A stretch of 64,000 nucleotides of DNA from Octopus sinensis (taxonomy: Eukaryota). The translations under genes and the position numbers were made by a program. The notes beneath the pieces were generated by a model. That model was not told the origin of the DNA and ran no database searches. It saw only the letters and a list, made by a program, of their open reading frames with translations. How positions within the stretch are numbered: the stretch's first letter is position 1; each line of letters begins with the position of its first letter. The stretch lies in NCBI RefSeq assembly GCF_006345805.1, contig NC_043017.1:21576001-21640000 (forward strand), written 5' to 3'. Of the stretch, positions 41,452-53,953 are shown in pieces.

Positions 41452-41672
41452 ACCTTTCATTGCTGTATATATTTTGAGATGCTCTGTGTTTCTTTCAGCT
41501 ACTTTAAATATAACAAAGAATTTAGTAAAATAACTTAGTTATCATTAACCTAGTGTTAGGAGCATAAGTTGTGACTAAAGTTTGGTGGAAGATTTTAATT
41601 GAGAACTTATGAAAACAAGACCTTTGTACTACAGAGCCAGAGGCAGTTTCAGCCAGGTTGGTAATGGCAGGG
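41452..41672. mobile_element. piggyBac-like MITE, close relative of 38743-38964
   Basis: TTAA at both ends and a highly similar interior. Confidence 0.85.
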
Positions 41673-41730
41673 TTAATCTTGTTCTTTCTTTAATTGCTAT
41701 ATCTGCTTAGCGGTATTTATATAGTTATCT

Positions 41731-43067
41731 AAGGTAGCAAGCTTGCAGAGTCGTTAGCACACTGGACAAAATGATTAGCAGTAAATTCTTGTATCTGTAT
41801 GTTTTGGGTTCAAATTACTCTGAGGTTGACTTTACCTTTCATCCTTTCAGGGTCGATAATATAAGTACCAGTTGTGTACTGGGATCGATGTAATCAACAA
41901 TACCCTCACCCAAATTTCAGGCCTTGTGCCAATAGTAGAAAGGATATTTATAGAGTTGTCTTAATATTCTTTTCTACTCAAGGCACAAGGCCTGAAATTT
42001 TGGGGGAGGAGGCCAGTCGATTAGATTGCCTCCAGTACACAAATGGTACTTAATTTATCGACCCTGAAAGGAGGAAAGGCATAGTTGACCTCAGCAGAAT
42101 TTGAACTCAAAATGTAAAGACAGACGAAATGCCTATTTCTTTACTACCCACAAGGGGCTAACCACAGAGAGGACAAACAAGGATAGACAAACAGATTAAG
42201 TCAATTATATCGACCCTAGTGCGTAACTGGCACTTATTCAATCGACCCCGAATGGATGAAAGGCAAAGTCGACCTCAGTGGAATTTGAACTCAGAACGTA
42301 GCGACAGCCGAAATACCGCTAAGCATTTCGCCTGGCATGCTAATGTTTCTGCCAGTTCGTTGCCTTGTTATCTCAATGTTCTGAGCTCAAATTTCACTGT
42401 GGTCGACCTTGCTTGCTGGCCTTCTGGGGTTGATTAAGTAACATAGCAAGGACTAAGCAAATGTTACATTCAATATGGGATGAAAAGTCTTGTTCAATTT
42501 AGGACTAAAAGCTTTATCACCAGATCTAATGGCAGCAAAGAAAATAAAACAATTTGCAATGACCACAGAAAATAAAATATAATTTGTGTAAAATGATGTT
42601 TCAGAAATATTGGTTTCAAATTTTAGCACAAGGCCAGCAATCTTGGAAGAGAGGTTAAGTTGATTACATTGACCTCAGTATTCAACTGGTACTTATTTTA
42701 TTGACCCTTAAAGGAAGAGGCAAAATCAGTCTCAGTGGAATTTGATCTCAGTCAAAATTCTGTGAACCATTTTGCCTGGCTCACTAATGATTCTGTTGGC
42801 CCACCTTTTTAATGATGATGATGACAACAACAACAACAACAATCCTTTATACTAAAGGCTCAAGGCCTGAAATCGGGAGGGATGGGACTAGTCGATGGCA
42901 TCTACACCAGTGTTTCACTAGTACTTAATTTATTGACCCTGAAAGGATGAAAGATAAAGTCAACTTTCCAGAATTTGAACTCAGAACATAAAGAAAGACA
43001 AAATACTGCTACGCATTTTGCCCAGCATTTTAACAATTCTGCCAGCCCCCACCACCAGCAGCAGCAG

Positions 43068-43108
<41 letters not shown>

Positions 43109-43161
43109 ATAATAATAATAATAATAAGGATAACAACAACAACAACAACAACAACAATAAT

Positions 43162-43201
<40 letters not shown>

Positions 43202-43420
43202 TAATAATAATGATCCTTTCTACTATAGGCACAAGGTCTGAGTTTCAGGGTAGGGGGATAGTCGATTACATCAACCCCAGTGCTCAACTGGTTCTTATAT
43301 TATCGACTCCAAAAGAATGAAAGGCAAAGTCGACCTCGGCAGAATTTGAACTTAGAATGTGAGGATAGATAAAATGTCCCTAAGCATTTTGCCTGTTGTG
43401 CCAACCATTCTGCCAGCTCA
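41731..43420. mobile_element. Dense SINE family A cluster: 41731-41948 (+), 41963-42365 (-, dimeric), 42611-42808 (-), 42843-43048 (-), 43213-43420 (-)
   Basis: Repeated family A core CCTTTCATCCTTTC.GGGTCGATAA..TAAGTACCAG and B-box GAGTTCAAATT. Confidence 0.9.
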
Positions 43421-43734
43421 ATAATAATGAGAATAAAGGACCATTCCATTCAGGAAAAAGGTAAAAATGATGCACCAGAGAAAAAGACAGAGCAGATGTA
43501 AAGCTGTTTTATTCTTCTATGAATTCTATCTGGCTTTGACCGTTTATTTCTTCTCTTCTCTTTGGAATCAGATCTATGAACAACAGAACCGACCAAATAA
43601 CTTCTCAAAGAAGAATAATGATTAATGAGTGTAAACTAAGACAGAAGGATGTTTCTAATACGAGAGAAAGACAAGAGCATATTTTTTTTTAGCAAGATAG
43701 CAGTGAATGTGTATGTCTATGCATGTGTGTGTGT

Positions 43735-44092
43735 GTGTGTGTGTGTATGTGTGTGTGTGTGTAAGTGTGTGTGCACATCATCACTATCACCATCATCATC
43801 ATCATCACCACCATCATCATCATCATCCTCAGTACTATTATTATCAAAATTTCACTTCTGCATTCCATTACGGGATGGACAGGCATTTGAAGCACTATTT
43901 TGCAACTGGAAGGAATTCCTGATGCCAGCTACTTTGTATATATGTATATATATATATGTATGTGTATGCATATATGTGTGTACATATATAATTATATGTA
44001 TGTGTATGTGTATATATGTGTTTGTGTGTGTGTGTGTGTGTGTGTAAAAGACACACAGTTATCTATATATACATACATGTGTGTGTGTGTGT

Positions 44093-44123
<31 letters not shown>

Positions 44124-44386
44124 TGTGTGTGTAAGTGTGTGTGCACATCATCACTATCACCATCATCATCATCATCACCACCATCATCATCATCATCCTC
44201 AGTACTATTATTATCAAAATTTCACTTCTGCATTCCATTACGGGATGGACAGGCATTTGAAGCACTATTTTGCAACTGGAAGGAATTCCTGATGCCAGCT
44301 ACTTTGTATATATGTATATATATATATGTATGTGTATGCATATATGTGTGTACATATATAATTATATGTATGTGTATGTGTATATA

Positions 44387-44418
<32 letters not shown>

Positions 44419-44472
44419 AAAGACACACAGTTATCTATATATACATACATGTGTGTGTGTGTGTGTGTGTGT
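43735..44472. repeat. Near-perfect 370-bp tandem duplication
   Basis: gtaagtgtgtgtgcacatcatcac starts at 43761 and at 44131; the non-repetitive interiors look identical. Confidence 0.9.
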
Positions 44473-46524
44473 ACATTTATGTAAACCTGTCTTATGTCCT
44501 ATGTAATTTAGCTGGCTTTAATTATTTTCGCTTTCTATTCTTCGGAACCAAATTTATATACAACAAGATGCAACAGGAGAACTTTCCAAATCAAAATAAT
44601 GATTAATGACCATAAACTTTGAAACACAACAATATTTCCAGTGTGATGGGAAAACAATAGGATATTGCTGCGAGCAAAACATAGCTGTATAGATACATCA
44701 CCCAGTTACATATACACATATGTCATCAGTGTGTGTATGTGTGTTTAGAGTACACTATATGTTTTCAATAATGCTGTAATATTCTATGTTAATGGAAAGC
44801 AGTTTATCATCCAGGCATTACTCAAGTTGTTTGCTGACTTTTCTGGATCTGAGAGAGTTTCGGTGTTGATTTTCCTCTGACATCATTTCTGCTGCTGCCA
44901 ATTTCGCTTTGCAGGAGACTGAAGTACCATGGCAGATCACAATTTGGTGCTGTTCTGTCCAATATTCTGATTTTCTACCGGCATTGTTTCTACCTTCCAA
45001 TTTGGCTTTTGAGTGAACTGATGTGCCATGGAATTTTAGTAAACTTTAAGTAAAATTTAAGTAAACTTCTGGACTAGATTACTGTCAAAGACATTCCAGT
45101 GTTACTGTAGTCATGTAAAATATGGTAAGCCAGAGATTGGTCAGTTAGACACTTGGCACTACCAATGCTATTTTTCACAAATTACAATAGAAATAAAAGA
45201 TGAATAAATAAAACTCTCAGTAATACAAGTATTATATTAGCTAACACATCAACTGGGCTAAGTATTGCTTTGTCAACTGGCAACCTTTAATCAGGACTAG
45301 ATTTAAACCATGGATGTGTGTGTGTGTGTCACTTCAATTTCAGTGGGCCCGTTATACACACGAATTAAAATCTTGGAAAATTACCGAATTTATATCTCAA
45401 AACCCATCTTATTATTTTAATTGAATTAATTGGTGTCTCTATGGTGGCAAATCCATTTCAATTTTTAAGAAGCCAAGATACCTTTGTATATCAAAAGAGA
45501 GCTTCTTCATGCCTGACTGCTGAGAGGTGGAGCCACTCTGTATTGAGTGTTACATACATTTCATAGCAGGGGGCCCCCAATAACTTGTAGTGACCTGGGG
45601 CAATTTCCCCCTTCACCACCCTATAAATCCGGCTCTGTTTTTAATGATTCTCAGCTTATGTTTAGTTCACTCATTAAAACAACATCAAAACAAATGATTT
45701 GCACATGGATTACTTATTAGAATAACTGTTCTTTTTTTGTTTTATTTATATTTTGTTTCTCACATTTGCCTTTCTTACAGATAATCACTGAACTATGAAG
45801 TAGGAATAGGATTTGTTTTTAATGACATAAATGTACCATAAAGTAATGTCTATCATAATGATATGAAGTTTAGCTGACGCTGCATGTGTCATCAAATACA
45901 TTGGCCCAATTTAAACAAATGTTGATACACTCTCACTGTGCTACTGCTGCAGATGTAATCTATTGTATTGTTATGTTATCGAAAACATACTGCTGAGAGC
46001 ATCCATAATTAAATAACTGATCTCTCTGTTGGCAAAGCACTGCTTATGCAAATCAGATTTTCCGGTTTACTGAAGTCCTTAATATTAGTGATTATTTACA
46101 TAGACATATATACATACATACATATATATATATATACATATATACAAATACACATATGTGTGTGCACACACACACACACACATGCATACATACACATAAA
46201 TGCCAGCACTCACACACATGCCACCCACCACACATATATGTATATACAAGACATAAGAAAAAAGAATGGAGTATATACATCCTCAAAACATCTTTATTAC
46301 AGTGTTATACATAATGCATTCAAGCTAACTGCATAAAATTCAAGGAAGCTAATTCAGGATTTACCTATCAAGGAATCCACATGGTCCTCGGTTCAGTCCC
46401 ACTGTGTGGGACCTTGGACAAGTGTCTTCTACTATGGCCTCAGGCCAACAAAAGCCTTGTGAGTGGATTTGGTATACAGAAACTGAAAGAAGCTTGTCCT
46501 ATATATATATATATATGTACATAT

Positions 46525-46730
46525 GACCCTTCTGTTCAGCATTCGTCATGATAGATCGCTAGCCACTACACACATTTTTTGTCTCCTTGTTTCTTTCTGT
46601 GTTCCTTTCTGTGGAAGAGCATAGGCTCGAGACATTAAAGACTTTTTCAATTGCTGAGCGTTATACTAATACAACAGTTTGTTTTCTACACCACCTGTAT
46701 TTGTCTTTTGTTTTTTGTGAATTCTCCCCC
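46525..46730 (+). mobile_element. Penelope-like/retrozyme-like short repeat with degenerate hammerhead motif at 46605-46640
   Basis: CTTT CTGTGGA A GAGC ATAG GCTC GAGA CATT AAAG. The downstream CTGAGCGT...AATAC...TTTGTT is shared with 21943-22131. Confidence 0.55.
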
Positions 46731-46803
46731 TATATATATATATATAATATATATATATATATAAATATATGAAAGAATGGAGTTGAACGACGAATTAACA
46801 AAA

Positions 46804-46902
46804 TTCCTTTATTTTCGACATATGTTTCAAAGGCTGCATATTCCTAATTGCAAAGGAATAAGGAGTATATTATGCCGCTTTCTCATCAGGAAAAGCAAGG
46901 AA
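46804..46902 (-). ncRNA. Type I hammerhead ribozyme candidate, intact core
   Basis: Minus strand: TTCCTT gc TTTTC CTGATGA GAAAGCGGCATA...TATGCAGCCTTT GAAA C ATAT G TC GAAAA ta AAGGAA. Stem I is 5+6 bp with an internal loop, stem III is the palindrome ACATATGT, and the triplet is GUC. Confidence 0.75.
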
Positions 46903-47895
46903 CTTATGTCAACATCATATATATATGTGTGTGTGTGTGTGTGTGTTTGTGTGAGTGTGCTTGTATGTTTGTTGCTTCATCACTGCTTTATAACTGATGT
47001 TGGTGTATTTAAATACCTGTAACTTAGCAGTTTTGCAAAAAGAGACTGCTAGAATAAGTACTAGGCTTAAAAAATAAGTCCTGAAGTCGATTTGTTTGAC
47101 TAAGATCCCTCAAAGCACTACTGCAGCATGGCTGCAGTCAAATGACTGAAACAAGTAAAAAAATGAAAGAATTTTGCCATGGTTAAAATATAGGATTGCA
47201 GATGATCCCTGAAGGGGTGTTTGTATTTTGAGTATTAGGAACACTGTTAGATTTTTTTGGAAGCGGAGAAGGGTGGAGACAGGCAGAGCATCTGGTCACA
47301 GAAAATTTGCCTTGATAAGTTTTGTGTGAACATATGTAGGCATGGAAAAGTAGCATGTCAGGATGATGATTATGATGATAAAGATGATGCTGATGATGGT
47401 CATGAGGATGATGATGATTATGGGAATGAGGATGATCATGATTGTGATAATGGTGATGGCAATGATGATGTCAATGATGATAAATAAGCTATTGAGCATC
47501 ATAACGATGATGGTGGTGACAATGATGATGATGATGATAAATAAAATGATGAGGATGATGATGATGATGGTCATAGTGATGATGGGGATGAAGATGATGA
47601 TGATGATGATGATAAATAAGCTGCTGGGGAGTGATGGTGATGATGATGATGATGGTGATAGTGATGATGATGGTGGTGATGATGATTATGATGGTGGTGG
47701 TGGTGATGAGAGATAAGCTGACAGGGATGATCATGGCAATGATAAATAAGATGATGATAATGATTTTGTTGATGGCGATGTCGTTTGGTTATGTTGCTTG
47801 ATTAAAATACTGATTAATGAGAGTAAAATATTGCTGAATAATTGATTCTCTGATGGACAATCACATGACACACATACAGAAATAGTAATGAATAT

Positions 47896-47960
<65 letters not shown>

Positions 47961-48169
47961 AAAATAACAGTAAGTACATTTATATTTCTAACTTGGAAGA
48001 CATATCTCTTTATGATGAAGTCAACAAATTTTCCATTAATATCTGGATTGACTGTAAATAAAAAGGAATTAAAGATAATGAAACAAGTGAGCAAGCACAC
48101 ACACACACACACACATATGTACATATATTTACACATATGGGTAAATATACACATAGATTATCCATCTAT

Positions 48170-48270
48170 GTAATCTATCTATATACATATAAACACATAT
48201 ATATATATTATATATATATATATTATATATATATATATTATATATATATACAATATATATATATATATAT

Positions 48271-48343
<73 letters not shown>

Positions 48344-48396
48344 TACATACAAAATACATATATACATATATATATACAAAATACATATATATATAT

Positions 48397-48479
<83 letters not shown>

Positions 48480-48573
48480 GTATACAAATACATATATATA
48501 TATACATATATATAATATATACATATATATATATATATATAATATATATATATAATATATATATATATATATA

Positions 48574-48608
<35 letters not shown>

Positions 48609-48635
48609 ACATATATATATATATATATATATATC
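48170..48635. repeat. (TA)n microsatellite
   Basis: Read directly from the sequence. Confidence 0.95.
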
Positions 48636-49386
48636 AGCATATATCAATACATGTGCACATACACATACACACAAGCACACACATTTATATATAAGTAGAA
48701 GCTAAAATTAATAACAAAAGTAGCGAATCCCTTAAAAATATTGATGTAAAATTATTCAAGATTCCTAACCACACTTTTAAGAATTCATCAAAGATATCTA
48801 ATATGGCTATTTACGAAGAACTAATTTGGTTCTTTTTTTTTTGTTTTTCTCAATCCGAATTAATATAATGAGAAGATGTATTTAATGCTGGTCACTTTAA
48901 GGATATTACAACAGAAAATAAATGACTTTTGAAGCAAGAATGATATAATATGGCAAATAAAAGTACAATGCAATCTGTTTTGAAATTTGTATGTTTGTGT
49001 GTATGAAATGGTGGTGAGGTTGGATTGGTGGTAATATTCTTTAATAATAACATATTCTGTCAAAGTTTGATAATGGAAATAAGAAAGAAAAGTTTTTTGT
49101 GATTAGATGATAATGAAGATACTTTTCCAAATGAAGTAGTTTTGATGAAATTTTTGTTTACGTAGCAATCCAGAGATAATAAAGCCTGAAGAGGATAAAT
49201 GCGTGCGTCAGGTTTTAGGACATCGCAAATTCATTTTGTTAATGAGAGAATAGACGAACAGAAACCATTTGTCACTGAACTAAATAAGTGAATGAGATTT
49301 TCAGAAAGAGAAATTACAAAAAAAAAAAATAAACTCTTTCAAAGAACAAGAAAATGATGATGATGATTATAATAATAATAATAATG

Positions 49387-49417
<31 letters not shown>

Positions 49418-49418
<1 letters not shown>

Positions 49419-49842
49419 TTCAGTGCGACCATGAGATAAAGAATAGGAAGCCGAATATAATCTAAATTGAGAAAGAAAGCAAACTATGCTGGAGCATAGA
49501 TATAACATGCCCAGCTGACAACAAGGTATGTGATAAGGAAGAAAGAAAAGTTGAGAGATAAGACAGGTTAGCGTGGGAAATTAAGCAGTTGTGGGCGGTG
49601 AAGAAGGTAGGAGTAGTGCCAATAATTGTCGGATCCCTGGGAACAGTGAGCAAAAATCTCGAGGAGTATGTGGAAGAAATAGGGGCTGCAAAAGGGGAGG
49701 TGCACTTGCAGAAAACAGCACTGGTTAGAGCCGCTTGAATACTCCGGAAGGTGCTTGAAGAATAAGAGGTGTTACCTTAGTTCACTGGTAGTGAACAGCT
49801 GATACTGCAGTACATCTCCAGTATTAGAAGCTGTGCAAAGGC
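49418..49842 (+). mobile_element. 5'-truncated R4/Dong-clade non-LTR retrotransposon: dead restriction-like endonuclease (REL) domain and 3' UTR
   Basis: The frame 49418-49765 reads FQCDHEIKNRKPNII*IEKESKLCWSIDITCPADNKVCDKEERKVER*DRLAWEIKQLWAVKKVGVVPIIVGSLGTVSKNLEEYVEEIGAAKGEVHLQKTALVRAA*ILRKVLEE*. This fits the RPD-x-ID-x2-(C/V)P-x-D...KE-x2-K, VVP-x2-VG-x-LG and LQK...ILR-x-VL pattern of R4/Dong endonucleases. Three premature stops; (AAT)n on both sides. Confidence 0.85.
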
Positions 49843-49858
49843 AATAATAATAATAATG

Positions 49859-49897
<39 letters not shown>

Positions 49898-49927
49898 TAA
49901 TAATAATAATGATAATAATGATGATAG

Positions 49928-50150
49928 TTCTTTCTACTGGAAGCACAAGGAAGGGATTAAGTTGATTACATTGACCCCAGTCCGTAACTGGTACTTATTT
50001 AATTGACCCCAACAGGATGAAAAGCAAAGTTGACCTCAGCCATGAAAGCTAATGTCAGCCTTGGCAGAATTTGAACTCAGAACCTAGCGACAGGCAAAAT
50101 ACCGCCAAGCATTTCACCCAATGTGCTAACAATTCTGCCAACTTGCCACA
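49928..50150 (-). mobile_element. SINE family A
   Basis: Family A core with a short internal duplication. Confidence 0.8.
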
Positions 50151-50317
50151 TTCAAAACACTTCATTTCATGTTGTTCTAGTCCTCCTTTGATCGGGGAGG
50201 AATGTTGGCCTGCTCACCTAGCCAGCAGGGTGGCATCATTTGAAGGCTAAAACAATGCAAAAGCACAGTGTGACCAGTGTAACAACATCTGATAGCCTAG
50301 TTGGTCACGTGATCACA

Positions 50318-50358
<41 letters not shown>

Positions 50359-50497
50359 ACAGAGATGTACTTGCATAGCAAGTGACCTGATCTGAGATTG
50401 TGTGCTGGAACAAAAACAATTGCAGCGTGGAAGGTATTTATAAGCCATTTAAGAAACACACAAAAACCGTTAGATTCACTTCAACATTTAAATTTAA

Positions 50498-50548
50498 TTT
50501 GTCAAAATATTTTCATCACTTTGAGACCACGACCTGTTCACTGACAAA
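50498..50548 (-). ncRNA. Hammerhead-like motif with G3-C8 variant core, in a TA-adjacent island (about 50355-50565)
   Basis: Minus strand: TTTGTCA GTGAACA G GTCGT ggtctcaaa GTGAT GAAA A TA T TT TGACAAA. Stem I is a perfect 7 bp and AAAATATTTT is palindromic. Confidence 0.5.
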
Positions 50549-53243
50549 ATTCCATACTGCATCTGTGTGTGTGTATATATATATATACAGAAATATAGAC
50601 ATATATACATGTGATGTTGTAAAAACACAAAAACAGAAACACACACACACATGTAGACACATATATACAAGACATGCTTCCACACAGTTTTTAATTTATG
50701 GAATTCCCTCCCCCACCATTGCTTGTCCAGGAGGGATAGTAAAACGCATTTCTATGATACCAGGCAGTGGGACAGAACTTGAAAGCATATGGCTGCAAAG
50801 TGAACTTGTTAATCACAAAGCTCTTCCTGTCTGTGATTCCACTTAAATTTTATTTTTCGCAAATATCAGCACTTCAATAAAATAAATACCAGGAGAATTG
50901 AACATAGATAAGCTGGTTTAAATAAGCATAGAAAACATGTAACATGGTCAGACTGTCTCTAAAAGTGGAATACATCTAAAAATGGTAATATATTCATGCA
51001 ATAAATCTCTTGGTTTTTCATCAGTTTAGTTTTAATGCCGTTTGTCGACAAGTGAATTGACAGAGCTTATTCAGAAATAAACACGAAGAAATTCCACTGA
51101 ATTCTACAGTAGTGTACTGTATGTTCTGACAGCAGGACACAGCATGAAGTTTTTGCCAACGACCATTGATTCAGCTGTTTAAGCAATATTTCTCATTCTG
51201 ATTTTTAATATTGTTCTTGCCATTTATAGAACATGCGTGAATCAAATTGGCACTGATGCTGGAGTGTAGGACAAATGTTTTGTATTTACTTTGGATTTCT
51301 GCTGTTTGGGTTCAAATCCCACAGTGGTTAGCAGTGAACTCTGCCGTTTGTTCTTTTGAGGGTCATGAAGCAAAAGGCCCATTGCTCGGTGGTTGAACTG
51401 TTAGGGTTTGGAATAAAATGCGTTGTGGCGTTTCCTCCAGATTTCTGCTCTTGGAGTTCAAGTTCCACTGAGATTTATGGTCATCTCAGCTTTTTATTCT
51501 TTCAGGATTCATCATCATCTTCATCATCGTTTAACGTCCGTTTTCCATGCTAGCACGGGTTGGAAGGTTCGACCGGGGTTTGGGAAGCCAGGGGCTGCAC
51601 CAGCCTCCAGTCTGATCTGGCAGTGTTTCTACAGCTGGATGCCCTTCCTAACGCCAACCACTCTGTGAGTATAAAGATAATTCACTGATCCAGAACAGTG
51701 GATTAGCAAAACTATTGGAGACTTGTGGTAATTCGTCCAGCTTTTTGCTCTTCAGGTTCAAATCCCATTAAAGTTAATGGTCAGCTTTGTCTTTTATTCT
51801 TTCAGGATCAATAAACCAAAATACCAGTGCAAGGCAGAATATTGGTGGAACCGCGAGTGTCTTGAATAAAATGCATTCTGGTAATGCATACACACACATT
51901 ACCAATAAATGTATACAAGTGACTAACACTCACACACATTACAAACACAAACATACACATTAACACGACACATACACATACACACACACACACACACCAG
52001 CTTGGCACCAGCTGAGTGAACTGGAGCAACATGAAATAAAGTGTCTTGCTCAAGAACACAACACACAGCCCAGTCCAGGATTTGAACTCCCTTCCTCATG
52101 ATTGTAAGTCTGACACTCTGACCATTGTCATCACCACCATCAAGGTAATCATCATCATCAACAGCAACACCAGCAAGAAGAAAGAATTACTTTCATTCTA
52201 ACCAGGGATAAAGACCCCACCATAAGATTTTTCACCTCATCTTCATCATCCCAGACCCTAAGCTATTATACCAGCTTGGACAGTACAAACAGTTCTGTAG
52301 ACAAACACGCATTGGCCAGACAGTGTTTTCAACCCAACCATTTAATTATAGCTGTTTTGGTCACAGTTCACCGATTCTGTCTTTGTGGCTTTTTATTAGT
52401 TCATAATTTGGTCATAGATCGCTCAGTGATTTGTGTTTTTCTGACCGAACCATCATGTGAATTATGATGACAAGCGACAGAATCAAATTACACAATGTAT
52501 AATTGATGATATCAAATGCAAATAAATAAAAGAATAAATAAAATCACAAAAATACTTCAGTTTTTTTTTTGTTTACTTTTCTTTGTTGTTGGAATTGATT
52601 CTAGAATGGTTTTTTTTTTCCCCTTTTTTTTTCCAGAGGTAAATCGATAAATGTTTTGATAAAAAGTCTGTTACTCACAGTGCATGGAAACAAATATTTG
52701 TTCTTTTCATTGTTTATTTCTGTGGCACCAAAAACAATCCACAAAACAATGTCTTGTCTGTCACCCAGAAATATATCATGGCATTATGGCACAAATGCGA
52801 CTGTAAGGGGTTAAGTTGTTTACTTCACAACTAAGTGGTCCGAGTTCAGTTCCAGTTTGTTGCTCCCTGGGTTTAGTGTCTTCAGGCATGGTTATGGTCT
52901 TTAAAAGTTTACTTGACAATTCTTTTGTTTGGGTTCCAACCCAATTTACTACATCTTCAACAAGTACTTTCAACTAAAGCCCTAGGTGACCAATGTGGTT
53001 GAATTTAGTAAATGGAAACTGTGTGGAAGCCTCTCATATACACGTATGTATATGTGTGTATGTCTTTGTGTTAGTATTTCTCCCTCTTCTACTACTTGTC
53101 AACTGCTGTCGGCAGTCTCTGTAACTTAGCAGATTGGGAAAAAAAGGGGGAAAGAATATGGACTAAATTTTTAAAATGAGTACTGGGGCCAATTTCTAGG
53201 TGGAACCCCAGCATGGCAGTAGCCTAATAATGGGGTCAAGTAA

Positions 53244-53283
<40 letters not shown>

Positions 53284-53859
53284 CGAATAATAATTGTAGA
53301 CCAACCAAAACCTTGTAAGTGAAATTTGGTTTTAGAATTGACAGAATCCATGTAGAAGCCCATCCTATAAACTATTTGTATACAAACATACATACACACA
53401 CAACAGAAACATATATATATATGGCAGGCTTCCACACAGTTTCCATCTATCAAACTTATTCACAAGACAATAGTCATCCTAGGTTATGATAGAAGATACT
53501 TGCTTGAGCTACCATCATCATCTTAATCATCTTAATCATTTTCATCTTTGACATTATAATTGCTATCATCGTCGCCATCATCCTCATCATCATTATCATC
53601 ATCTTTGTATAAGATGGGTCAGCTTATGTCTTCCTCATCACTGAGTTTTGCCACTTGTTACAGTCTATTGTCATCACCTCTCATGAAGTCCAGCCACTAG
53701 AGATCAGCTTTCACTATCATTTCTTGCTATGTCTATCTTGGTCTTTCTCTTCTGCATATTCCTTCCAATTTGATCACTTGACACTTTGTCACCAAACTGT
53801 TTCATCACATTATCTATCTATCTATCTACCTATCAATCTATCTTTCTACCAATCTATCA

Positions 53860-53953
<94 letters not shown>

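Larger units (their letters stand above)
46375..47170 (+). mobile_element. SINE family B split by two insertions in its central TA tract
   Basis: The 5' half (46375-46500) and 3' half (about 46916-47170) are colinear with 3691-4090. Confidence 0.85.

Noticed and set aside
44914-45053. Acceptor-like tttcgctttgcag followed by an open frame
   Set aside because: No recognisable peptide or convincing donor; it cannot be supported without transcripts.
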